Source: Balanoglossus misakiensis
Taxonomy: Eukaryota; Animalia; Hemichordata
DNA length: 64,000 nt
Assembly: GCA_040954595.2 (NCBI GenBank)
Contig: CM082582.2
Span: 8,638,425 to 8,702,424 of the forward strand
Direction of reading: 5' to 3'
Under the pieces are notes generated by a model. The model ran no database searches and was not told the origin of the DNA. It worked only from the letters and a program-made list of their open reading frames with translations. The position numbers and the translations under genes are program-made. Below are positions 43,101 to 52,855 of the stretch, one piece after another. Each line of letters opens with the position of its first letter. Positions within the stretch are counted from its first letter, which is position 1.

Positions 43101-43717
43101 TATATTTTCGGATATGATATTATCAAAAGATGAAAGTCGGAAGAAGTTATTATCCTCTAATAGGCACGTTATATTATACTCATGTCTGTCTATCTATCTG
43201 TCTGTCTGTCTGTCCGTCCGCATGCATGCATGCGTACATAACAAAAAAACGTTAAAATACCGACATTCTTCAAGAAACTTGATCAAATGAGGTACTATTT
43301 ACCCTGCCGAATTTCCTCAGCATCTCTGACGCTCATAATTCGTTTGTGATATTTTTCTTTGGAACGGAAATTCGACGCTCGACTGAAATCGACAGTATCG
43401 TTAGTGCCGGCGGCAACTTGTAGTTCTGATATTCAAATCTCGTTCAGGGATGTTCACGATGTGTAAAAATTCCTCCCCCGGGGGGAAAAGATCTGAATAT
43501 CGTTTTTTTTTTCTTTCTGTGTATCACATGTACAGAACACGAACCTAAGTCCACGGACACGCATTTTCCAGCTATCTATACAAATCGCATGCACAGTTTG
43601 TTTTCTTTCTTTTCCTTAAGAAAAAAATTGCTTTGGAAATCCAACTGAGGTAATGGACACCCATCAACATCTAGCCAGGTCAAGGCTTTGAAGTGGATTC
43701 ATATCTTACTTTGACTG

Positions 43718-43808
<91 letters not shown>
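43718..43808. repeat. (AAC)n microsatellite, ~30 units
   Basis: Directly visible; gives the spurious poly-Cys ORF. Confidence 0.97.
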
Positions 43809-44353
43809 GTTGATTTTCAGACACACAACTTTATTAGAAACAAATGTACCCAAAATTTTATTAATGTAATGATTGATATTAATGTACATACACACAATGC
43901 TTTACTTTATATTGTGGATATCAAATTATCGGATTATATTTTAAGGTTAGAACAGTTTTACGAATGACAGCTTAGTTTGTATTGTTAATAAAATTCGCAG
44001 TTTCTCGAACGTTTTTTTTCATCCTAATATACTAAATCATATCGTACAGGTGACATTCACACATGAACGGTCTATAACCGAATTTCAGAATAATAAAACG
44101 CCAGCTTATGATTATCGCCCACAGTTCAAGAGTTCTTACACAGCCAGTGCACATCATATATCTTTTGGGGCAAAACACGTGTCTATTTCGCCCGGTCATG
44201 TCAACTTATAAATACATATAGAGTTATATTTGTATAATTTTACATACAAACAAATCTTTCAATCAATATATTTCTTCTTTAAAAAATATACTTCGTTATT
44301 CTACAATGAAAAGTCCCACTTGCTTTGTTATTACTTTCACTGTATTTCGAAAC

Positions 44354-44450
44354 CAGTCGAGTCGCCCCGTGTAACCGTTCGATGTAGCGTCGCGACTCGG
44401 GTTGCGCGTCGAGTTGCCTGCCGAGTTGCCTCGTGTAACTCGGCCTTTAA
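44354..44450. mobile_element. Possible truncated end of a non-autonomous DNA transposon (MITE-like; TTAA-flanked)
   Basis: GC-rich block in AT-rich DNA, with internal repeats CGAGTCGCCCCGTGTAAC / CGAGTTGCCTCGTGTAAC, an internal inverted pair CGAGTCGC...GCGACTCG, and an end reading ...CGTGTAACTCGGCCT-TTAA. I found no matching opposite end. Confidence 0.35.
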
Positions 44451-47400
44451 GACATAACTTTTAATCTCGGCAGCACCCGAATCTGGCTCATTTGTCGCTG
44501 GTTGGGGTTAGACCTGTGCGGAAAAAGACAAAGGGGCGTCGTGAGCAAAATTTAATTCGCTTTTATTGCTTAAAAGGCTAAAATACACGATTTGACTGAT
44601 TTATACAAGGCAACCAACACCGCGCACCAGTTGAGAATTACTTCCCGCCACGGAGAACTTGAAACGCTATAGTTGACCCCTAAAAGTTCCTAGAAAATAT
44701 TGGTTGAGGGCGTATTCAACATGGCGCAAACTCAGCTGTTTGCAGCGGACATCCCAGCATCGGTAAGTGTAATTTTTGTGGAAAAATTGACATTAAGGAA
44801 ATCATGTATGCATGGAAAGGTATTATTCTCAACTGGTGCGTTTTCAAGGTCTATCGCGCTTCTCGGTTCGTAAATACGTCGTTGCAGTTCGCCTCGCCGC
44901 TTTCTTGATACGCGTATACGTGTGTTGATGTTTTCAACGAGCCTATAAAGGGTCGAAAGACTCCCCCCCCCCCCCCCCCCCCCCGGTATGAAAATGTTTG
45001 AAAGCAGTCTTTAATACAGCGTGTATCGTTCGATTTAAAATACTCTGAGCTCACCGTTCGGTCGTGGTACTTTTCTTAGAAACCATCTCCGTCTTTGAAC
45101 GTCTGCTCATTTCTAAACCGGTATTGGTGCCATAGTTCGGCTTCGCTGTAAACGAAAACGAAGGTTACACAACGGGAAACTCGTTCTGTCGTAGAGGGCC
45201 TCATGCAGAAATTGTACAAAAAAAAACCGGGGGCGGAACTCCTCAGCGAATAACCTAACATAGGCACTCTAGAATCTGCAACGGTTGTCAAAGGAATTTA
45301 AACAGGCGTTTGTTACGGAATTTTTTTAATGACCTCTCTCATATATAATTGTTAGTTCATACTCACCGTTGCGGGAGACCATATGGCTGGAGCCGGATAT
45401 GATCGGCAGAGCCCTTGAGATGTGCCTGGACGTTGCCTCGCCTCCCACGGCACGGTGGCCGTACGACGCTTTACCGAACCCGGACTGTTGTGATGACGTC
45501 GACACATGTTGCAGTCTGCAAGGAAAACCGAGAGTGCTTATAATGTTTTATGTTTATAATTCAACCAAATGACAGAGTTCATTAGGATCTGTCCGAAACA
45601 AAGCAACGAACATGTGTGTTGATGTTTTCAACGGCCCCCCCCCCCCCCGGTATGAAAATGTTTGAAAGCAGTCTTAATACAGCGTGTATCGTTCGATTTA
45701 AAATACTCTGAGCTCACCGTTCGGTCGTGGTACTTTTCTTAGAAACCATCTCCGTCTTTGAACGTCTGCTGATTTCTAAACCGGTATTGGTGCCATAGTT
45801 CGGCTTCGCTGTAAATGAAAACGAAGGTTACACAACGGGAAACTCGTTCTGTCGTAGAGGGCCTCATGCAGAAATTGTACAAAAAAAAAGAACAACTTTC
45901 AGAAATGTGTAGTTTCTACCCTATTCAGCTGCAATGCAGACCCCAAATTGATACAAAATATCCCAACAGCTTTTAACACTCGCGTTAACTCAAACGAAAC
46001 TTTAATCACTTCTCTTACACTGGTGATAATTTTCTGTAAAAGATACATTCAGTTATTACTTCATACTCACCAATGTTGGTGGCAACCCCGGGGGCGGAAC
46101 TCCGTAGCGTAGCACCTAAATTAGGTACTCTAGAATCTGCAACGGTTGTCAAAGAAATTTAAACAGGCGTTTGTTACGGAAAAATTTGTTTGACCTCTCT
46201 CATATTTACCATAATGAATTGAATCACAGAAGCAACATAATGAAACAACTCAATATCCACTTTTAATCACGAGATCTCTCACATTGATGATAATTTTCTG
46301 TAAAGGATATATACATGTGGTTATTACTTCATACTCACCAATGTTGGTGGTAACCCCGGGGGCGGAACTCCTCAGCGAATAACCTAACATAGGCACTCTA
46401 GAATCTGCAACGGTTGTCAAAGGAATTTAAACAGGCGTTTGTTACGGAATTTTTTTAATGACCTCTCTCATATATAATTGTTAGTTCATACTCACCGTTG
46501 CGGGAGACCATATGGCTGGAGCCGGACATGATCGGCAGAGCCATTGAAATGTGCCTGGACGTTGCCTCGCCTCCCACGGCACGGTGACCGTACGACGCTT
46601 TACCGAACCCGGACTGTTGTGATGACGTCGACACATGTTGCAGTCTGCAAGGAAAACCGAGAGTGCTTATAATGTTTTATGTTTATAATTCAACCAAATG
46701 ACAGAGTTCATTAGGATCTGTCCGAAACAAAGCAACGAACATGTGGCGCATTTCAAGCATTCGAGAAAGCGCGTAAAGCGACACACTATATACTAGTCCC
46801 GCGCGCATGCTGAGGTACACCTATTTTTCAGTGAGCACAGACACAAAACAGCAGGAAAGCAAAGCAGTTTGCAACAGGTACCACAATCTGACTAAATTGA
46901 TCGAACATGCATGTCAGACTGCAAAAACTGACATACTTGCTCTCTTCGTTGGCAATCAACATTTTCATGGCCTCGATCTCTGCCAGGAGCGATCGGTCAT
47001 CGTCGTCGATGTCGACTTCTTGTAGTTTGACGATTAACGTCTGTTGCAGGTCCTTCACTTTGTTTTCCAGTGACGTGATCAGCGATGACGATCGTTGGCG
47101 CTCCCGGTTCAGATTGCCGACGAGGGCGCTGTTGTCAGTCTCGAGCGCACGTACCTGCCAAAGTCCAACATGTACATCGTTTGTGTAAAATGACTTGCGT
47201 GAGATAAGGCAAAATCTCACAAAATCTATGATTGTAATCTCTTAAGACCCACCATCCTATACACACGAAATCATTTCGCGTGGCCTAGTGATTGAAATAG
47301 CGGGAAATCACCTCAGGTAGAGCTCAATCGCAAATATTTGCATGACCATGTAAGAAACAGAGCTCCCTCAAACAATTTCCTTACCAGACATCTATAGTTT

Positions 47401-49414
47401 CTTTAATAACATTTAAAATGAAACTGTCATTTTCTCACCTTATTTTGAAGGGAAGTTATTTCCCGCTTGTAGTCTTCAATGTAGCCACTGAATATTCTGC
47501 TTTCTTCTGATATCTTCGTAAAATTCGCAGAGTACTGATCGAGCTGAAGCCGCAACTCACTCAACTGAGGGGACACGAAGATGAAAATAATTCACAAAGT
47601 TAAGTGGAGTCCACCTCTACTGTCTATGGACGGAGATACTACTGGAGGTACTAGTATGTGTGCTGGTCAGATTGAATTTGTCATTTTGTGGGGATACCGA
47701 GCGAAAGATCAGGAAAATATATTTATGTAACTTACGGTGCCCTTGTAGCGGGCCTCCAAATCAACTTTGTATTGGTTCATTTCAGCATCTATCGTTTCTC
47801 GCCATTTTTCCAGAACTTGCTCTAGGTTGTCAGTTACTTGAGGTTCTTGAATCATCGTCGTTTCGAATGTTAAGATCTGCTGCGATTTGGCTGTCAGTAG
47901 AGCTTTCATTTCAGCGGTTTCCTGACGGCAAAATTGAAGACAGATCGATCAAGAAATATACTTTCCAAGTACAGAATTCAATTCAACTTTGGGTTGAAAG
48001 GCTTACACACATTTTGCCGTTTGGTATTGTTAGTTTCAAACTTAATTTGTCTGTTCAGTTCTCTTACTTTGACATTTCGAATCGTCAGCATTGGAAAATT
48101 GAATTCTGGTCGAGACTGAATTCAGACAAAGACAACAATACTTTTATAGTAATAGACAAACTCTAACACAAAATGAAATTCTTCCAAATTGAACAAGACT
48201 TTACCTCAGCATTGACTTCAGTCATGAAGTCAATTTTTCGGCGCAGGTTGGCAATCGTCTCCCGCGCAGTCGCAAGCGCGATCTGGTCCTCTTCACGGGC
48301 AACTTTCACTCCGTCGTACTCCCTCAGTAGGTTGTTGTATTCACTCCGCAAGCTGGCCAACTGTTGTTCCAGTTCCCTCAGCTGTGACGTCATTTGGGTC
48401 AGTTCGCTTTCCTTGGCGGATGAAACTTTCTTGAAGGTGGCTAACTCCTCTTGCAGGGACCTATAACGATGCTGCTCGCCACTGAGCCTGATGGGGTTAC
48501 CATGGTGAAAAACATATCAGCCGAATCGACACTAACATAATACTTCATGCTAAGTGCCCAAATGGAAACGAAAATCCCCCATCATAATGCTTCAACACAT
48601 GATACAGACCCACTTGATATCTTCCAAGAGTGTATGAATGCTAACATTAGTGTTTTAAAACGTTATGTATCACTCTGTCTCACCCAAATAGCTATAGTTG
48701 GCTCACGGTGGTTGGCTGAATCATGCAACTCTCAGTTATTATCGTTCGGTATGTTACAGTGCTAGTTTAGGGTGCATTTTATGAGGCATATTTGGAAACA
48801 TGTTAAAGTCAATGGGCACGTATACTGTGGATGTTAACAGTCCATGTTACATCTTCAAATAGGATGGTCGTTCACTTTGTGACTTCAAAGCTTACAAGTG
48901 TGTTCGTACGTACCTTTTCTGTAGTTCCGATACCAGACTGGCATTGCTCTGCCCAGTTGTCATGTGTCTCTGTTTATCGGCCAGCGCTGACTCCAGCTGA
49001 ACTCTCAGCTTCTCGAGTTCTTTCTCGTACATCCCTTTGATGACGCCAATCTCCGCCTCTAACTGTGTCATCGCTGACAGAAGGAACGTGGATTCAGACT
49101 ACAGAGAAAATTCGATTCACACTATAAGCGATTTCTAGTTTGTACAAACAAACAAACAAACAAACAAACAAACAAACAAACAAACAAACAAACGTAAAAT
49201 TAGCTGTGGGGGTTGAAAACTTGCAATACAAACTCACCTGCGAGCTGGCATGGCCTTTCATATCCCGGACCCTCTGCAAATAGGCGATAAATTGGCTGCG
49301 TAGGCTCTGCAACTCGGCCCTCTCCTGCCGCCTGGCCATACTGTGCGACGAGGGGCTGACTGCCCGGAGGGACGGCGAGTCGACCCGGCCCGCTGACGTG
49401 TGGGAGGAACTCAT
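44447..49414 (-). CDS. Lamin-derived intermediate-filament-like protein B (long IF rod, low-complexity tail, no Ig-fold/CaaX); ~537 aa, ~617 aa if duplicated exons 7' and 10' are included
   Basis: Frame-consistent GT-AG exons: 49414-49238, 49098-48914, 48487-48205, 47921-47736, 47564-47439, 47154-46937, 46644-46496, 46404-46339, 46136-46071, 45808-45718, [duplicates 45515-45367 and 45145-45055], 44513-44447 (ends ...VLPRLKVMS*). Head has SP sites (VDSPS, AVSPS) followed by RRQERAELQSL. Rod segments EIGVIKGMYEKELEKLR, EMNQYKVDLEARY, LNRERQRS and LLAEIEAMKMLIANEESK align with paralog A and with lamin rods. The rod exons are solid; the tail exon combination is less certain. Confidence 0.85.
44920..46745. 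repeat. Recent tandem segmental duplication of the gene B tail (units ~44920-45613 and ~45614-46745)
   Basis: 45229-45613 is nearly identical to 46358-46742, and 44920-45225 to 45614-45889. The junction at ~45611-45617 has TGTG microhomology. Confidence 0.92.
46001..46470. repeat. Older tandem duplication (~270-bp period) of a 66-nt exon with flanking intron
   Basis: Exons 46404-46339 (DSRVPMLGYSLRSSAPGVTTNI) and 46136-46071 (DSRVPNLGATLRSSAPGVATNI) have homologous flanking intron sequence. Confidence 0.9.
49145..49193. repeat. (CAAA)n microsatellite in the first coding intron of gene B
   Basis: Directly visible. Confidence 0.95.
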
Positions 49415-49680
49415 ATACCTGATCGCGAAGTTTCAAAAACTCGAATCGTGACTCTGTTATCTGAAATGTAAAGCGACATTTTTTACATTAAACTGCGCTA
49501 ATATTTGGTTGGTTGACAGTGAAAAGGTTAGAAAATGGCGACACCGTGATATGTGACTCATGACGTTTCGTCACCAACAGCTAGGCAACTGGAGTTCTTC
49601 TGTGTTCACTGGTTCGAACAACTAATGAATACGTATCAAGTTCAATGATTTGGACCGAAAAAGTACGGGCAATCACTAAC

Positions 49681-49840
49681 TTGCCTTTAGATCCCTCTTT
49701 AAGAGTTGAAGGTGGAAGTGGTCAGTTCCGTTGTCACGCCACAGGTATAAGTCCAAGTCAGAAAGTTCGCGGCGTATTATAGTCTCGGTTGTTAAGGCTC
49801 ACAAAAGACGTAGCAACGGGTAAACATTACAAATAAACGT
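49681..49840 (-). promoter_or_regulatory. Candidate 5'-UTR exon and core promoter of gene B
   Basis: An acceptor ATCAG| sits 4 nt before the ATG (49419-49420), with a matching donor CAA|GTTAGT at 49680. TATAAT on - at 49776-49781; RFX half-site TAGCAAC 49811-49817 next to a forkhead motif GTAAACA 49820-49826. Confidence 0.4.
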
Positions 49841-51019
49841 GACTGCACTCATGCATATGGAAGAAGGTAGTCTAGAATCTATCCGTTCGTAGTCGCATTC
49901 ACCCTACGAAGAAGGTCAATCCTGGTTTATTTGGCAACTCACGACTAACTATAATACAGCGACAGAAAATCAATAGTGTACATGTATCAACATTTAGTAG
50001 TATAGAGTGCCCGCATGAATGCCCTATACGTTTCGGTTGAGTGATTATCCACCATCGGGGAGAACTAAAGATGAGCGCTCGTCTGAATCCTCGCCGTCGC
50101 TCGTAGAATACTAGTATGCTTCAGGGTGTTGAACAAAAAAGTGAAAACTTAGCGAAAATTTACATGCACATGGGCGTGTAATGCATTTTCCGAAAGATGG
50201 CCTCCTACACAAGATTTCAGGGGAACAACGAAAGGTTTGCACCACGCGAACATTCAAAAGTCATGAGAGTTAATTGGAGAACCTCGGATTGAAAACTGTC
50301 CCTTTAAACATAAACTCAACGCTATATATGGGTTGGGTTAGTGTTTATTCAGCGTAAAACATCCTTAAAACATTCTCCCGGAGTATCCACAAAACCAGGT
50401 GCCGAGTGAAATGACATTGCAAACTACAGTAAATATATTTGCCAGTGTTATCCTGTGTGATACACGTGCGTGGTTCGTTCCCATGCATGGGGGTCAATTT
50501 GAGCCCACGTGGTACATGCTTGCATGCAATTTTGTTAACTTTTCTCCTAACGTATACGGTTGCAATCGCTGGAGGTTTCATTTAAATCTAACGAGCAAAA
50601 AAATAGATTTTCTGTGTTTGTTTATTTAGAGATGATCGAGTATTATTTCACTCATCGAAACCAAAGGCAGATCTTCAATTGAGCAACAGACCAGTCTCCT
50701 GGCAACCTCCTGACCCAAATAAACAGACAGCCCGGACAGCATAAAAATAGATTGGCCGATGATCCCAGAAAACCCGTGTTGCAAAGAATATTAACGAGTT
50801 TTATGTATGGGCATTGAAATACATGTATCTCTCTTTGTTGAACTTACAGCGTTTATGGGTTAATACCCGCCCAGCGCCTACAGGCTCATGATGTCATTCA
50901 CTACCAGAGTAACTGTGATGGTGACGGAAAACAACACAGCTGACCGATATGGAACGCCCCCGCAAATTGCGTATCGATGTTTACCTTGTTACCATGAGAA
51001 CGGAAGATAGAAACAAGCA

Positions 51020-51046
51020 GAGAGACACAGACAGACACACACACAC

Positions 51047-51079
<33 letters not shown>

Positions 51080-51380
51080 TAGACACACAGACACCTGTGG
51101 CAATGATACGCAATGTCATCGTGTCCTTTAAGCGAACTCCGCGCTTTGAAAGCCAAAGAATTTATTCTGATTGACGTAGCTGGCGCTAAAGAGTAAAACG
51201 ACAGAACGGAGAAATCATAAATGAAGGCCAACCGGGATGTGGTAGTGTATATGATTTGGGTAAAATCCTGCATGTGTGGAAGCGAGCTATAATTTCTCAC
51301 ACGGTAGAATAGATATTATACTATAGATAGATAGACAGACAGACAGACAGATGTACAGATAGACAGACAGACATACAGAC
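51020..51380. repeat. (GA)/(CA)/(GACA)/(GATA) simple-repeat patches between the two IF-like genes
   Basis: Visible at ~51020-51090 and ~51323-51380. Confidence 0.85.
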
Positions 51381-52686
51381 TGAAGGGGGGGGGGGTATAT
51401 TAATTATGTAAAGTGTATACATGTATATGTAAAGTATTAGATCACATATATGATTCATTCCTCGTGCCACGAGTTATTATGTTGGAATACAAGAGACAGT
51501 GAATATATAGGAAAATAATTTATTGCCCCGCATTTGTGCAAGTTATACCAAGAAGTACATATCACATTGTAGTAGTAAGTTTCGATATATCCAAACACCG
51601 ATATTTCTTCCTAGAAAATCATCGTTGACTTACAAAATAACCGAAACAGAAAAAGACAACAATCTTTTCACCTGACGTGTGCAAAGTTTCTTTCAGTACA
51701 ACGTGATATCACACCAACACCGTATGATTATCTTTGGTCTATCCTAAAGACGACGAGTTTCAAATCTTCATAATGATGTCGGAGTGAAAGGAGCATGCGC
51801 AAATGAAGACTACGTCACACACGGCAAGATTTCGGAGGGTAAAACGCTACACTGACATTAAAAATAAAACAATCCATTTGCAGGAAGATATGACAGTCGG
51901 AGTCTTCCGTTAATATTATTTCTGATAAGTTCGTTGAGATTTTCAATTAAGTTCTAATAGATGAGACATTTTTTCTATTAACATCTTAAACAATTTCATA
52001 GTATACATTATTCATATGACATTAACTCAAATCACAACATACAATTATATCGAGACTATTTAAATTGACATATTTAACCTCTTGATGAAAATAATTTGAA
52101 GTTTTACATCTCTTGGTGGTGAGCTACGAAGTGATTTCTGGTGATTTTATTTCAACCGTTTAAAAGAGTACATGCGAATTATCCCTGATTCTTGTTGAAC
52201 AACTATCTAATTGACATCACCGGGAAAGGCGAGAGTGTCTGTGTGATTTTCATCTTATAAATTTAATCATTTCCCGATGCCGTATAAATGCATTGCGAGA
52301 TCAAATCAGATGTTACCTTACAATGCGACTGCTTGTTAACTGACAATGCAATCTCCGTAAGGAAGTTAATTAAAAATTGAAGAGTAAAACCACACGAAAA
52401 CGCACGCACCTCTCCATCTATAATTAACACTATCTTTAAGAGTACGTGGTATATACAAAATGTGTGTTTAACAGAAAATTGCGGAAATGATAAGTGTCTA
52501 ACTCATATTAAATTGTAAATATGACTGTTTCTGGTCTAGAATATTGCCCCAAAGTTGTTTCCACCTGTCTCACTTTGAAGTATTGAGTTGCCGTTTTCAA
52601 GGTATAATTGGCCTTCAATCATGATATTTGGTATAGCGTTGAGCTAGAACGGCTCAAAATGGAGAGTGGTTTCTGAAAAAGATAAC

Positions 52687-52830
<144 letters not shown>

Positions 52831-52855
52831 TCCCCAATTCAATACACATCTGACC

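Noticed and set aside
44920-46745. Repeated blocks considered as CRISPR-like array or LTRs
   Set aside because: Eukaryotic context; the repeats are duplicated exons plus introns with no repeat-spacer periodicity or TG...CA termini.
47276-47340. TGGCCTAGTG A-box-like sequence suggesting a tRNA or SINE
   Set aside because: No B-box (GGTTCGA) and no cloverleaf; intronic chance match.
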